DNA of 64,000 bases from the human T2T-CHM13v2.0 reference genome, Homo sapiens, in NCBI RefSeq assembly GCF_009914755.1, contig NC_060930.1, one strand, 5' to 3'. The stretch's first letter is position 1. Every line of letters begins with the position of its first letter. Below, piece after piece: positions 42,253 through 58,380 of this stretch. Made by a program: the position numbers and the translations under genes. The notes beneath the pieces are model-generated. The model worked only from the letters and a program-made list of their open reading frames with translations, was not told the origin of the DNA and made no database searches.

Positions 42253-44984
42253 CAACTTGTCAATTAAACGATTGTAGAGATGACACAAGTGTATAGCTAG
42301 AGACAGTGCCATGTTATTAACTAACTTAGAAGATGCCAGAGTAATGTTGGTGCCTAGCTGGAGGAATACGAACATAAACCAGGATGTGGACAAGGTTGAA
42401 GAGATGACCCATAACTTCCTTTATATTTATTTTCTCAAGAAGCTATGAATTTTCCCACCTTTAAAGACGGTTTTAGCATTCATCATTTTAACAGCATAGA
42501 ACAGGCACTTATTTACAAATGAAACAACACAAAAATCAATAGGAGGGAGGAACAACTGGCTACTATCCTGAAAAGAAAACACAGCTCTTCTTCAAGGTCT
42601 AACTTAAGGAGTCCAGGGCGCTCACACATCTGGCACAAGGAGGATGGAGCTAGGCCAGGCCTGGGTTGCTGAGGGGCAGGGGCATGGGGGTGGTGAGGAG
42701 GGGTCCTGACTCTAGGGGCTGTTGTCCAGGACAGTAGGCCCACCTCCTGAGGGTTCAGCCCAGCCAGCAGTGAAGTGATTCCGGGAGAGAGAAGCCCATC
42801 ACACTGGGGCAGCTCTCAGTTAAAGATGAACACCAGTTACTGAACTCTCTACCCCAAGTTTAGAAATCAACCATCACAACCATCCCTGGCCATGTCTTAA
42901 CCTGGCACTCATGCCTCCCTGCCAGAGTGGTCCATCACAGGAGCCCTGGGCTAGGGGAGACCTAGGTATCTGTAATCTGAAAACTCCTATGGCCGATTCT
43001 GACCCACTCTTCATGAGCGACCTTCATGAGGATCATGAATATGCTGAAATCAACTGCAAATGAATGTGCATGTGTGCAAATGTTCAGTATTCTGGAGCAC
43101 TTGTCCACAGCTTCCATCAAATTGTTTTCATCAAAATTTTGTAACTCAAAAGCATGGAGAACCACTGTTCTGAACACCGTTCAAGTATTCACCGTCCTGG
43201 TTATCTCCACAGTACGGAGGAAATCTGAGATGAGGCTGAACACAGCATTCCCCGGTACACAGCCTTCCTGCTGTACGTTCTCTATTTTTTTTTCCAGACT
43301 CCAATCTGTTCCTCTTTCTTCACTTCTATTTTTACATTGAAAAGTTTGGATTTCAAAATAACTATAACCTAAGAATTCCTCAGATAAAAGACACAGAAAA
43401 GTAAATTTCCAATTTCCCTTACCCTACTTCTCACATTCCTGTATGGTTTTATTATTAAAACTTTTTTTTTTTCCAAAAAAATGAAGGGCACTTTATGTCT
43501 GTTTTTCCTATTAAGTTAATGGCTTGAACAAATATACACATATTTATTTTAATTGTCAGCATCATGGCTTACCTATGTTTTTAAAATAACAAATTATACA
43601 TATAGATGGCACTCTTTTCTCCTGTGTCTTGTCTCAACACATGACCATAACAAGAAAGGATACAATGTTGTATGTGTTAAACAGGCTCCAATCTGTGCTG
43701 GTAGTTTGGTTTTACAAATAAGAACATTCCCTGTCCAGGAATAAGGCCCAGGCATTTGGATTTTCCAAAACAACTCTCTGTAACCAGGATATCCAAATAA
43801 ATTCAAGCATTTCAATTTCAAAACTGATGTAGCTATCTGCTCCTGATTGAGGTTCCTCTAAGTGCACATTAGTTAAATAAGCCATTTTCTGCTATTTCTG
43901 AGCAAAATGAATATTCACTATTCAAAAGGACATGCCCTATCCTAATTATATAACCAGTTCAAATTTTTTTTAAGAAATGTAAGATATACTTGAAATTCTA
44001 ACCTGACAAAATTGCTGAAATTAAGCTTTAAGATATATTCGTTCATTTGGAAAATGTCTAAGAAGCCTTAATATCAAACCTAAAATGTATAGTAATCAAC
44101 ATATTTTTCTGAGATCCAGATTTCAGCATAGAGGCAGTCTCAGTATAGAGCAGAAAGAATATGAAATCTGACCTCATCTGACCTGGATTATAATCGCAAT
44201 TTATCTCAATCCAGTAATTTAACCAGATTTCTTCTTGGTAGAATGGACATAACGTCCATCTCACTCACAAGGCTATGATGAGAATCACTTGGGATAACAA
44301 CAGAGCAAGCCTTTGTAGGCTGGGAGGAGCTATTTAAAAGCAAGATACTGTAGCTGCTGTTCCCTTTTTAACGCAAAAGCCCTCCAAAATGCATAGGATG
44401 CTTCTGGCACACAAGTCATTAGAATGAGGTGACAACAGTCATCTGAGTGAGAATGAAGGTGAGAAAGAAGGGCCAAGGTAGCTGAAATCCTTAGCAGAAC
44501 AAGCGCTCCCTTGTATAAGAGGTGCAATGGGCTGACAGCTTCCTGGCCACATCTTTTGACAACCCCCTGGTGGTCAGTGTCAGTGCTTTGTGCAAAAAGC
44601 TAATGCACTAGGAGGTCAGCAAGCTCACAGCGATGGCAGCTTGAGGCTCTCTCTGCTCTGGCAAACAGCAAGCTCCTATGTTTCTAATGCAGGGCTGTGT
44701 GTATCTGATTCTGCAATGCGTCTGCCATGCCTGGGGAGCTGTTGGGAGAGGGAGCACCATGAAGTTCACCAGCAGCCAGAAGAAGATTCCTGAGAGGCCA
44801 AGCCAAGTGCTACCTAGAGAGGCCAGCATGTGGGCTCCACATTTCTGCTGAAGACGCCTGTGCCCACAAGTGAGTACCATCAGGCTGAGGTCCCAGGGTA
44901 TGCTCACAGTTCATTTCTCTTTATCTGAACAGAGAATATCAAGTACTTTCACACCTGTCATGCATTCCATGGGCTTCTGAGCAT

Positions 44985-45535
44985 TTTTGAAAAACGGAGA
45001 TATGATTCACATGCCACAAAATTTACTATTTTAAATTTACCATTTCACTGTGGCTTTTAGTATATATACAGCTTGTGCAACTGACACCATTATCTAATTC
45101 CAGAATACTTTCATCACCCCAAAAAGAAACTCCTTTCCTAGTAGCAGTTGCTTCCCATTCCCCTCTACCCCCAGCCTCTGGCAACCACTAATCTACTTTC
45201 TGTCTCTCTAGATTTGCCTATTCTGGACATTTCATTAAAAAATGAGTAATGCAATATGTGGCCTTTTGTGATTGCTTTTACTTAGCATTAGGTTTCAAGG
45301 TCCATCCATGTTGTAGCATGTATCAGTGCTTCATCCCTTTTTATAGTTGAGTAAGTTTCCCCTGTATGGGTATACCACATCTTGTGTACCCATTCGTCAG
45401 CTGATAGACATTTGGATGGTTTCCAACTTTTGGCTACTATGGATAATGACCCTATGAATAATCATGGACAAGTTTTGTGTAAACATGTTTTCAGTTGTCT
45501 TAGGTATATACCTGGAATGCAATTGCTGGGTCATT
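44985..45535 (-). mobile_element. L1MB/MC-like 3' fragment
   Basis: Typical reverse L1M 3'UTR (ggcaaccactaatctactttctgtctct...gatttgcctattctggacatttc). Confidence 0.85.
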
Positions 45536-46850
45536 TCTGAGCACTTTTGAACCCTAACGTTTATGTCATCACCCTCCGTGTACCCATTTCCATGGCAGAT
45601 AGAAATAAATATAGTTCATCAGGAACCCCAAAAGCCAAAGGAGAAAATGAAGACAGGAAGAAAGGGAAAAAGGGGTTCTGCATGAAGCAATATATTGCTG
45701 CTCTCAAAGTACCACTAATAATATATTTCCCCTGTACCATAACACAGCAGTAGCCATAGCTAGGATGAGGGGACCAGCACTGGGCCTAAGTTGGCACAAT
45801 CCTCTTAATAATAAGAACAATGAACATATAATGAGTGCTTCCTATGGACAAGGCACTGTGCTGAGCACATTTTATGAATTGTCTAGTAGTAGAGAGGAAA
45901 GGAGAAACAGGATTATTGAAAACAAACACTCACTGCAGCCAATTCTGCCTTCTGCCAGAGTGGCATAATTCATGCCTAGGACAGGCCTGGAAGGAAAGGG
46001 GAAAACAGAGGAAGCTAAATTGCCTGAGGAAGAAAATGACATTTATTTGCTAGAGTCAGGTAGGGAGTAGGGGTGTTGAAGGCCTGAAAATGGAAAAGGG
46101 ATTGATGTGTAGATAAGAGAATGCAGGAACAATGGAGCAGGGGCCTAAGAAGAAAATACAGCCTGTAAGAAACCCCAATGGCCAAGAAAACTTTAATCAG
46201 TTTTAGTTGATTTCTGTTTTGAACCATGTTGATATTTTCCTCCTTTTCCCTGAGACCTTCAGTAAGGCCTGTGTTGGTGTCAGTCTGGAAGATTAGAGAA
46301 GCGGGCAGTGCAGAGCGAAGAGGAGACAGCAGTGGCCAGAGGTGAAACACTGAGGTAGCAGCAGAAATTCAAAGAAAGATGACCAGGAAAGGTAAGCCCC
46401 ATTATTATCAGAATATTGGAGAGAAGAAAAGGTACTGAACTTATAGTACATGGCTCAAGCCATTTTAAGTATTAGGGGAAAGGGTGACCCCAGAAGCTGG
46501 AAGAGATGAGATCACCTGACTTTCATACTGTAATCTGCCCAACAATGCAACGGTTATGTTATAAGGGTGGGTAACGGAGTAGGAGGCAAATCCAAGATTT
46601 ACCACTTCAATGTTCACTGCATGACAATGGACTCATGACCTTCGAGACTTTGCGGTGCCATTCCCATAAATGGTCAGAAAGTCCCAAAACATTCTCAGTG
46701 CCCTATGGAAGTCAAGGACTGTTCTCATGCTGCAGATGAAAAAAACTCTAGCACGAGAGTCTCCTGGACATGACTGGGTCTACTGAAGTTTTTTCTCACC
46801 CACCCTCCTGCAACAGTCACAGCTAAGGGGCCCTGAGGCCACTTCTGTAG

Positions 46851-48509
46851 CAGGGGTTGACAAAAATTTTCTGAAAAAAGCCACACAGTAAATACTTAAA
46901 CTTTGTGAGCCAAGAAGCAAAATCAAGAATATTATTAATAAATAGGTAGTTATATAAAAAGATAAATTTCTACAACTTTTATTGATGAAATAAAAAAATA
47001 ATAATTGTGCACAAATTTTAGTAATACAGATCTGTTAATGAGAAGAATGAAGTTTATTGATAGCAAATCCATTGGGGTATATACCTGGAATGTATATACC
47101 CCAAGTTAGTGTTTCCCAAGCAATGGGGAAAGGATTCTCTATTCAATAAATGTTGTGGCATAACTGGCTAGCCATATACAGAAGACTGAAACTAGGCCCC
47201 TTCCTTGTACCATACACAAAAATCAACTAAAGATGGATTAAAGCCTTAAATGTCAATCCTATAACTATAAAACTCTGGAAGACAGCCTAGGCAATACTAT
47301 CCTGGACACAGGAACGAGCAAAGACTTCATGACAAAAACGCCAAAAGCAAACGCAACAAAAGCAAAAATTGACAAATGGGATCTACTTAAACTTAAGAGC
47401 TTCTGCATAGCAAAAGAAACTATCAACAGAGTTAGCAAACAACCTGTAGCGGATGGGAGAAAATGCCTGCAAACTGTGCATCTGACATAGGTCTAATATC
47501 CAGCATCTATGAGGAACTTACATTTATAAGAAAAAAACAGCCCCATTAAAAAGTGGGCAAAGGTCATGAACAGACATTTCTCTAAAGAAGATTTACATGC
47601 AGCCAGCAAGCATATGAAAAAAAAATCTCAATATTACGGATCAGTAGAGAAATGTAAATCAAAACCACAATGAGATACCATCTCACACCAGTAAGAAGGC
47701 TATTATTAAAAAGTCAAAAAGTAACAGATGCTGGCAAGGTTATGGAGAAAAGGGAACATTTATACACGGTTGGTGGGAGTGTAAATGAGTTCAACCATTG
47801 TGAAAAGCAGTGTGGCGATTCCTCAAAGAGCTAAAAGCAGAACTACCATTCAACGCAGCAAAACCATTATTGGGTTTGTACCCAGAGGAATATAAATCAT
47901 TCTACCATAAAGACACATGCACATGAATGTTCATTGCAGCCCTATTCACAATAGCAAAGACATGGAATCAACCTAAATGCCCATCAGTGATAGACTGGAT
48001 AAAGTAAATGTGGTACATATACACCATGGACTGTTGGGCAGCCATAAAAAAGAATGAGATCATGTCTTTTGCAGGAACATGAAGGGAGCTGGAGGCCATT
48101 ACTGTTAGTAAACTAATACAGGAACAGAAAACCAAATACCGTATATTCTCACTTGTAAATGGGAGCTAATGATGAAAACTCATAGACACAAAGAAGAGAA
48201 CAATAGACACTGACTGGGACCTACTTGAGGGTGGAGGATGGGAGGAGGGAGAGGAGCAGAAAAAATAACTATTCAGTATCAGGCTTAGTACCTGGTTGTC
48301 AAAATAATCTGTACAACAAGCCCCCATGACACAAGTTTACCTGTATAACAAACCTGCACATGTACCCCAGAACCTGAAACAAAAGTTATAAACAAAACAA
48401 AAAACAAAGTTAGTTTTTCCTAACATCAAACCGATTACAAATGTTCATCTGTAGAAACCATTCTTAGCTTATGGGCCATACATAAGCTACATGTGGTTCT
48501 CAACTTCTG
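46851..48509 (+). mobile_element. MER58B/Cheshire (hAT-Charlie) split by an L1
   Basis: Starts caggggttgacaaaa; 8-bp TSD ttctgtag/ttctgcag; host sequence resumes after the L1 tail. Confidence 0.75.
47118..48406 (+). mobile_element. L1PA15/16-like 5'-truncated LINE-1
   Basis: Late ORF2 plus 3'UTR; TSD aagttagt(g/t)tttcc at 47103-47116 and 48407-48420. Confidence 0.9.
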
Positions 48510-48901
48510 TTCTGCAGCCACTGTTACCTGAAGCAAAGTGAATGCTGGGTTATCTGTGTAAAGAGTCTGTAATGCAATACCCTGATTCAGAAATTAGACA
48601 CCTCAAATGGACTTTCAAGTAGCGCTTGAAAGATCCAGCTGTTCCTCAAACCCATTGGTCTATACCCAGTGATAGAAACAACCATTCTTTCAGCCAGTAT
48701 TTCCTGAGAACCTACTGTGTGCCAGAACTATCATAGTCACTGGGGATATCATGGTGAGTAAGACAGATGAGCTCCCTGCCTTCATAGGGAATGACTGCAA
48801 ACAAAAGTTAAAGCAAGAAAAAATTGTCAGAGAGCGGTAATGCTATGGAGAAAACAGGAGACTATATTGGAGGAGTAGGGATAGGGAGCTACTTCAGGTG
48901 A

Positions 48902-49297
<396 letters not shown>

Positions 49298-51600
49298 TGA
49301 TGGAGGTGAAATAGAAATCTCACTGTGTTTTGATTTTCTTCCCCTTATTAATCATCGTTATATGTAAATACATTTTTTTTGACTTTTCAGGTTTCCTCTT
49401 CTATTAATCCCTGACTGATTTCTTGTTTATTTTTCTGTTCAGTTTTCTTTTTCACTTTGATGGCGTTCTTTTAAAATTTTGGACATTGATCCTTTATTGG
49501 TGCTATACATTGTAGATATCCTTGCCCAGACTATGACTTGTCTTTTAACTTTGTAGTGCCTCTTGTTTACAAGATTTTAATTTTTATCTGGTAAAGAATC
49601 CACTGTATATGAGAATTGGTTGTTAGCTCCCTTCTCAGCAGGCAAATATAGAAAAAAGCCTGGATTTTAAGTTTAAACCTTCACTTCATGCCTTATAGCT
49701 GTGTCTTGCCCAAATTTATTAAAATGTTGAGCCCTGACTTCCCTGTCTGCAAAATGAGAACAATTCCTACCTCACGGTTTTGTTTTGAGAATTAAATGAA
49801 AAAATATATGCAACTCTCCTAGTACAGTAGGCCTCTCCTACCCCACTCTTAAATTATAAGCTGCTTGAAGGAATTATATTCTGCATAAAACCATGTGCAA
49901 CACTGATACTTAGACTTTATTGTGTTGACTGAGTTTATCTTTAAAATGCATATAAAGTACCAAGTATAATAATATGCACTTAATTGACTAAAACGTGGAA
50001 GACAAGACTGGAAAAACAATTTAGCAATTAGCTCTTTAACCCACAATTGCTCCAACTGGCCTCCCTTGAACTAAAGAGGTAACAGAGTGGTAGTAAGTGA
50101 CCCAGTTAATAGGAAATTTGTAAACATTCTTTTGAGGGAAAATGGTATTTAAAAAGCCTGGAATCCCATTTATACTGTCAATCCTACTATGGACCAAAAT
50201 CATTGAACAGCATGTTGTAAAAGATATTTGTAATTAGCTTTGAGAGGAAAAAAAATCACAAACTAATGTGAACAATAAGCCTCAACCAATTTCATAATAA
50301 ATGAGTTATATGGGGAATACATTTATAATACAAACACTAACAAAAATATACTAGTTATGGCTAGCTTTTATTTCAGATTAAAAAGAAAAATTCCAACTCC
50401 TCTGATCCCTGAGCATATTATATATGCATTACGTTTCAAGAATAATAAAATAAATATTTAAAATTGCAGTGAACATTGGGCTTTACCCACCACAAGCACA
50501 CACATCGATACATTTTTGGTACTCAGAGGCCAGTGCCCCAGCTGGAAACACAAGGCTGAACACAGACCGTATTCATTGACTGAACTCTTTCCATGTGAAC
50601 ACCTGCAAGGTGCTTTCACCTTCCTGCTCTCGTTTCATCTTCACGACAACCCTGTGAGTTAAGTATTAGTAACTTTTTTTCAAAGGAAGAAACTCAAGTT
50701 CAGAGAGGATATGCCACTTGTCCATATCCACTAAGCAAGGGAGCAGAATTTAAACTGCTGACTGCAAGTATGAAAATATGAGCCCATCTTATAGATGAAG
50801 CTGCACCATACTGAAGTATTTTCATGAAATTTGTAAAACCATGTAAACAGGACTCCTAGATCCCACGTATTACTTTCACTGACTTCTCCCATACGCTACT
50901 CCCGAAACTGCTGAAGGAAAAGGCCCCCTTCTATGGCCTAATTACTCTGAGCTCAATGAGCATGTATTTTGCTAATCAGGATTTTTAAGTGATCGTGCTC
51001 TAGTCAAAGTACATGAAAAATAAACTAAAATGACTTGCTGTCGCATTGTGCACAATAGCAAATGCTATAAAACACGAATATTGCCTCTGATTTGGGGACG
51101 GATTCTGAAAACATGTTTGGAGGTCGTTCAACCAGCTCCAACTAAAAATGAGTAAGTGATGGCCGTGAAGATGGATTGACTTGGAGTCTGATTCATCTCA
51201 TCAGAGGCCTTTGGCCCACTTACACTCATGGCTTTATTTATTCAAATAATTTGCTTTATTCCACCCCCCTAGAGAAAAAGACCAGCAGACCATCATCCCA
51301 CCTCTGCTCTGTGCAAAGAATCTAACATAAACAATGTCAACAAGAATCATTGCATTTAACAAACTCCAGGATGCACCACAGCACTGTTTGTAAGATGTAA
51401 ATGCGGTCTTGTTTTAGTTCACTGTTCTGCTAAATTCAGGTGTCTGCTTCATTTTAGATCTCGGTCCCCTGAAAAGAGGCTCCCGTGCTGTATTCAATAC
51501 TGTCAAATGTGCAGATTCAGTGAGGCATCCCAAACAGCGAACGTGAAACATGACCTAGATGATGTCCATTTAGACACGGATGATTGAAGGGTTACTATAC

Positions 51601-51992
51601 TGTGGTGACCGCTGGCATTGCTTGCTACCCGTCTCCAACTCTCTGACTACGGCACACAGCAGGATGGTCCCTCTAGCATTGGGTGGGACTGAGCAACTGG
51701 CTCTGACCATTGGATTGTGAGCAGAGGCAATGTGTGTTGCTTCCAGGCTAGAGCTTTTAATAATGCCATGCAAAGATCCTCCAGAGCATTCATCCCTCTG
51801 CCAAGGTGACCAGCAATGTTCCAGATGGCAGTCACACTGCTAGCATGGGGTCCAGAGAGATGCAGTGACAGCACAGAGCAGCACCCCACACCCGCAACAG
51901 ATATCTGGCACAAGCAAGAAATAAACCTCTGCTAGCATGAGTCCGGAGCATTGTTTGTGACCACAGCATAAACTGGCCCCTCCCACCCAATG
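51601..51992 (+). mobile_element. MLT1-family MaLR LTR
   Basis: Starts tgtggtg; contains caagcaagaaataaacctctgc...ttgtttgtgaccacagcata. Confidence 0.65.
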
Positions 51993-53050
51993 CCTCAGGC
52001 ACATAGTGCCATGAAAAAGGGCTTGGTGTTGATTAAATTGAGTTGATCTAGTAATAAGTTAGCAGATTGGTGTAATTTAGTATCTGAAGTAAAATGTTAT
52101 TATCTTGTCAGGGAAAGGTCCTTCAGCCCATAGTTCACTTGGGCCCCGATCACCATGTTCCAAAATCTGTATTAAATAGACCTAAGCAAAATTGAAAAGG
52201 AAAAGTTACAGTTGTAACCTTCCAAACTGCCAGCTCTAATTTATTGGTCTGCCAAGGTTCTTAGTTGTAAACAATAGAAACTACCCTGGCTAGTTAAGCA
52301 GAAAAGGATTGATTAAAGATTTATTAGCTTACAGAATCTCAAGGGCAGGAATACCACCTCCAGACATGCCAGTGTAGATGACATAGCTTCACTGCTGGGC
52401 ATGGACACCACCCTGAGCTCTGGATGCCTCTGATAGAACCTCGGCCACTGAGCTACTCTGTGGCCCTCGTGCCACCTGCTTTGCATCTGTAGGGTACAAT
52501 CCAAACTCTCATGCAGGTGTGTCTAAATGGTGAAGCCTAGGTCACATGAATGCACTTTGGGTGCAAAGACAAGTGGCAATTATTTTTTGTTTTGTTTCTT
52601 AGAAAGGCAGAGAATTCCTCACACATGGGAAAGATATTCAAAGGTGTGACCAAAAAGAATAGTAAATACTCACTATATCTGTGGTAGTGCCTAATATGGA
52701 CAACTAAGGTCTTCAGTGCTCATTTTAGTCATAATCAACTTCCAGAGCCTTCCTGGTCCCTGCAGCTCTTCTTTTTCTCTCCAGGAGGGTTTCAATCAGT
52801 CCCTGTTTGTACTAGTTTCAGTTGGGTCTGCCACTTGCAACCCAGAGAGTCCTAACTGATACAGAAATAATCATGCATTAAAGAATTCCAGGCTAGCCAG
52901 TTGCAAGGGGGGCTGTGAATATTCAGATGCCCTGAAGAAATTTTCAGATTTTTTTTTCCTGCAAGGTAACTATGCATGACAGAAAAAAAAAAATCAAAGA
53001 ATATGAGACTCTAAGTTTCGTTTGAGAACCCTAATTGGTATCATGGGCTA

Positions 53051-53700
<650 letters not shown>

Positions 53701-56700
53701 AATTAATCAATGTCTTCACAAATGACTTTTTACTTTAAAAAATATTACATATACCTAGATCTTGTAGGCGTATATTCACTAAATTAAAAATGTCAGTAGT
53801 ATATCCAAAGTGCCAACTTATTGCCAATGCTACTTGGAAATAAGGCTATCTATAAGACTACATGTAGATAGAGAAATAGTTAATGTTTAAAGAAAGATAG
53901 AGCTAGCTAGATGGGTATAGACATATGTATATTCACACACACACACATTGATGTTAGGGTCTAGGATTAGTAAAACCAAAGCTACCCTATACTCTGTTTC
54001 TAGGTGCTCAAGTCCAAGGGTTGGTTGAAATAATAGAATAAAATATGAGAAAAACAAAAACCTAAGGGCAAAACTGCATAAAAATTATACCAAATACTTA
54101 AGGCATGCCAAGGACTTAACTTCTTAGAGTAACTTAAAGTTTCTCTTTTCTCTAAGAATGGCTTCCAGGATTGGGCAGGCGCCCTAGGCCTTTGTTTAGG
54201 TCAAGTGGCCTGAGCCGGCTGGTCCAGTGTGAATGTCAAAGAGACCAAGCCCTGGAATCCAGTGAGGTGACCTGTATTATAATAGCACTTGAGGGAGAAG
54301 ATCAAAGAATTCAGAAAGCTGGGATTTCCGTAACAGCCCTATTCCTTCTCTATTCCACATGGCAGTCATTAACTCTTCCTCCAATTCAGTGAGAAATCCC
54401 AAGGTTTCCCAATAAATTTAATTCTAAAAAAATTTAATTGTTAATTATTATAGGCACATACAGTTGTTTATTCTTTAATTCTTTTTTTCTTCCTTTTTTG
54501 TTTAAGTTAGGCTAGAGCCCAGTTCCTGTTCATAACCAAAAGAATGTTAGGTTAACTAAGTCTATTCCCCTACGATCTTACCCTCCCCAGTATCCAGCTA
54601 CAGCCTTAGGTAACTCATCTTCCTTAACGGGAGCAATTTAAAAGGACCTTTGGCTTTTCTGAACCGAGTAGTCATGTGCCATGCCGTCACTGAGCTTAGC
54701 AATCTTAGCCTTGATTGTCACTTTTTAGGAAAATAATTGCTAATTTTAACAACCTCTGTCTTATAGTTGTAACTTCAAATGCCTTCAGAGATCAGACAGG
54801 TGAGGTAAATGGAGAGAATGGTGAGCTGGACCTCACTGGACTCACTATATGCCCCATATAAAGATATTTATGTTCAAATACTTAAAACACTGTGTGGTTC
54901 AAATAAAATTCGTGGGCCAAATTTACCTCCTGAACTGTCAACTAGCAACCCACCTTGCTATTGGTTTATATTACATATGGGTCTAGATTATAAGGCTCTT
55001 AAAATTCAATTTTCATTCAATTATTTGAACAGGATAAAAATGTTTCTTGCACAGCAAATTTTCATATCTTTTTTTTTTTTTTTTATCAGAACATAAGACA
55101 TTAATGGAGCTCATGTGAGGTATCTAGAGGACCCAAGTGGTGTTTTTAAAAGAAGCTTATCAATGCTGGCAGATTCCTGCCTCGGTGTGTGTCCCATGGT
55201 AAGTAAAACAGGCTCATGTTACTTTCTACGAACCACAGAACAAAGCATGCCAAACTCCTTAGAAACACAAGGACTCCAAAAGTATTACAGCACAGATGGA
55301 AAAACTCAAATGCCTACCCTTGACAGTCTTTGGTTTAACTACTTGACCTGATTCTCTTCACAGACTAAAAAGGAAATCCAATTCTATTTGAGAAAACTGA
55401 CAAGACATTCTTTTCCTTGGAGAAAATGGACTGGGACAAATTACACACAAAAAGCTGAAATCTCCACCACCAGTGGTTGAAAAACAATCGAGCCTCCATT
55501 AGCAGTTCCTTTGCCCACAGAATGCTCTCTGAGGAACTACGGGGTTTGGAAAAAGTGCAGGCCTCTATTCTTCATCCACGACACATCAAAGTTGTAATAA
55601 AAACCTGCTTTTCTTTGTGCGACTAAGCAACTGCTATTTCACACCCACATATTGCTGGAGCTTATTCAATTACCCTCAATGACTTTGTTTAAAATGAAAA
55701 TGCTTTGCCTCCTAAGGACAGTGTGAGAGGACTGATTAATGTTGCTCCCTGAAGAACAGAAGTGTAGGTACACAGGCAAAAACCTGAGGAGCTAGAAACT
55801 ACTGCTGGGCCATGTTTCACAAGCAATTCAAACCTATCTTCAAGTATTTTGTAAAGAATAAGGACTCTTAAGGCAGTTGGACATATCAGGGGGCATCCCA
55901 TACCATTTTTCCTCTTTCTTCTTGATGACAATCACAGAATTAGAAAACTAAGAAGATGACAAGAAGTGAGAAAGAAAAACCAAATTTTGCCATATGGTTT
56001 TTCAGGAGAAGAGGAAACAGTTCTTTTTTTTTTTTTTTTTTTTTCCGCCTGACACATGGTTCCAAAAGATCTGTAACTAACGAACCAAGCCAGCACATTG
56101 CTGGGTTCTGGAGCTCTGTGACTCAGAAGTCACTTTTCTATCCAACATATTAAATGTCAAGTAAAATATATCCGATAAGAGAGATGAAACTTTTTCGGGA
56201 AGCTTGGCCACTGAGTGAGTGTCTCTCTTTTGCAAATGGGCCCTGTATGTTGCATCTGTCTTTTAGGTGGATTGCCAACCTATAAGAGATAAAACATCCA
56301 CCCAAGAGCTGCATTAAAAAGCATAAATCATGAAGACCATATCTAGTCCTCTATAAATCCCTTCAAAAAGAACTTTATCTGTAATCATAGTAAAGGTCTG
56401 TTTCATTTAAGAAAGAAAAAAAACCCAAACAGAAACACATGCAGATAGAAAACAGAGAGAAAATAAAAGAATCACAGTGGTATTTTTATGCATGCATAGT
56501 ATGCGAAATTTGGAGATGAAGAGTCCCGACAGAATGCTTAAAGAATCTGTAATACACAAGAATATATAGGTTCCAGGGTGGGCATAATCAAAAAGGGCAG
56601 TATTTATCCATCATCTATCATTGGCTCTCATTTTGCAAAGCTTGAAGATTAGAACCCCTGATGTCGAAAGATCTGAAAATATTTAGAGCTAGTTCTTGCA

Positions 56701-57994
56701 TGGCTCCATGAAGAAGGGGACGAGGAAAGAAAGAATTATATGAGGACTACACTTCACTACTCTTTTTTATAGCAGATTGTTTTCTTTAAGAGGAGCATAA
56801 GCTGTGATTAAAGTGGCAGAATTTTGGTGCCTCTAACACCTGGAATGGAAGCAGAGTAACAAGAAATACTTGGCAACCCAATTATTTCATGCAGGTTTTC
56901 ATCTACCCAGAAAGCTGTCCTCAAAATAGAATGGAACTTTTTCTCCTTTATCAATCTGGGAGGTGCCTGGGGCAAAGTAACCAAGAACCTAAGAATATTG
57001 TTGATCAGTATTCTCAACAAACAAAATCTAAATACACTGTGATCCAAGGAGTTTAACAAATAGCTTCCTAATTTTATTTCAATTACTTAATGGTACATTC
57101 AGCTTACATTACAGTGCTGTCTTGATGTGAGGCAGAAAAGAAACAAGACTTGTCCCTAGAGAGATATGGGGTTATTGAGCTTTGTTCCCAGAAGTGGGAG
57201 GATGGATTAGATAACTGATCTTTCTATAGTTTTAAGGAATATTTTAATTCAACTGTGAAATAATGGGAGAATAAAACAAATTCAAGATCAACACTATCTA
57301 GGGATTTGGGAAGGTTAGATGTATATCCCGAAAATAATAGCTAGCGAGAAGGAAATCTAAGAAAATGTTTACCTTAGGAGACTAAAAACTTAATATTTTA
57401 GAAATAGCAAAAGGCCCATTTATTTCTTATAAATTTTTAACCAAAGACATTTACAGTTACTGAATAGGCTGAAATAGTAAGATTCTTATACTTTCACATA
57501 CTGGGGTCTCAGGAGTAAACATTTACTAGGGGTCACTATGGGAAATACAATCCTTCCCATCAAGAACAACTGTGGAGACAAAACATTCCATCCGAAATGG
57601 ATTATCAGGCCTCAACTTGTACAAAGCAATGCACAAATCAGACTCTTTCTGTTGTCATTCCAAGTGGGGGAGGGGTCAGCATGAAGCAGGGTTGCTATGG
57701 GAAGGTTTCTGGGCTATGAACCTTGACCTGAGGAATGTCCAAGGGTGAAAAGGGCAGGAGTCATAAGAAAGGGGGATGGGGCCTTGCAGGTAGAGGAGTC
57801 AGCATAAGCCACCTTTGTAGGTTACAGTGAATGACGTTTGGAGACTGGCTGAGGCTAAAAACCTGGGGCCTACTGTAGAAAGTAAAGCTACCATTATTGA
57901 GAGCTAAACATGCCAGGCACAAAGCTAAACATTTCCTTTACTTTTTTCCCTAATTTAATTGTAATAAAACTGAGCCCCAGGCCACAGGCTCGGA

Positions 57995-58380
57995 TTGCTT
58001 CTCTTTGTTAGCCACACTCACTTCCTAGATGACCACATACGATCTCTCAGTTTTACTGCCATTTGTACTTGGATGATTCTCAAATCACCACCTTCAGCCT
58101 GGACATCTCCTCCAAGCTCTGGACTCACACGTCCGGTTGCCTATTTGACATTTTCACATGCATGCCTGAAGGATATCTTAAACTGAATTCCTGCTTTCCA
58201 TCTATCCCCCAAACAAAACAAACAAGAGAGAAATAACTGCTCCTCCTCATCCACCTTCCAAACACATCCAGAAACCAACCACTTCTCACCACCTCCACAC
58301 CTACCACAGCAAGCCACCCCCATCTCCAGCCTGAATCACTGTGGCAGCCTCCTAGCTCCTAGCAGGGATGAGTGTGAACC
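57995..58380 (+). mobile_element. L2 fragment
   Basis: L2-type motifs (ccttcagcctggacatctcc...ggttgcctatttgacat...cttaaact; ccacttctcaccacctcc). Confidence 0.65.
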
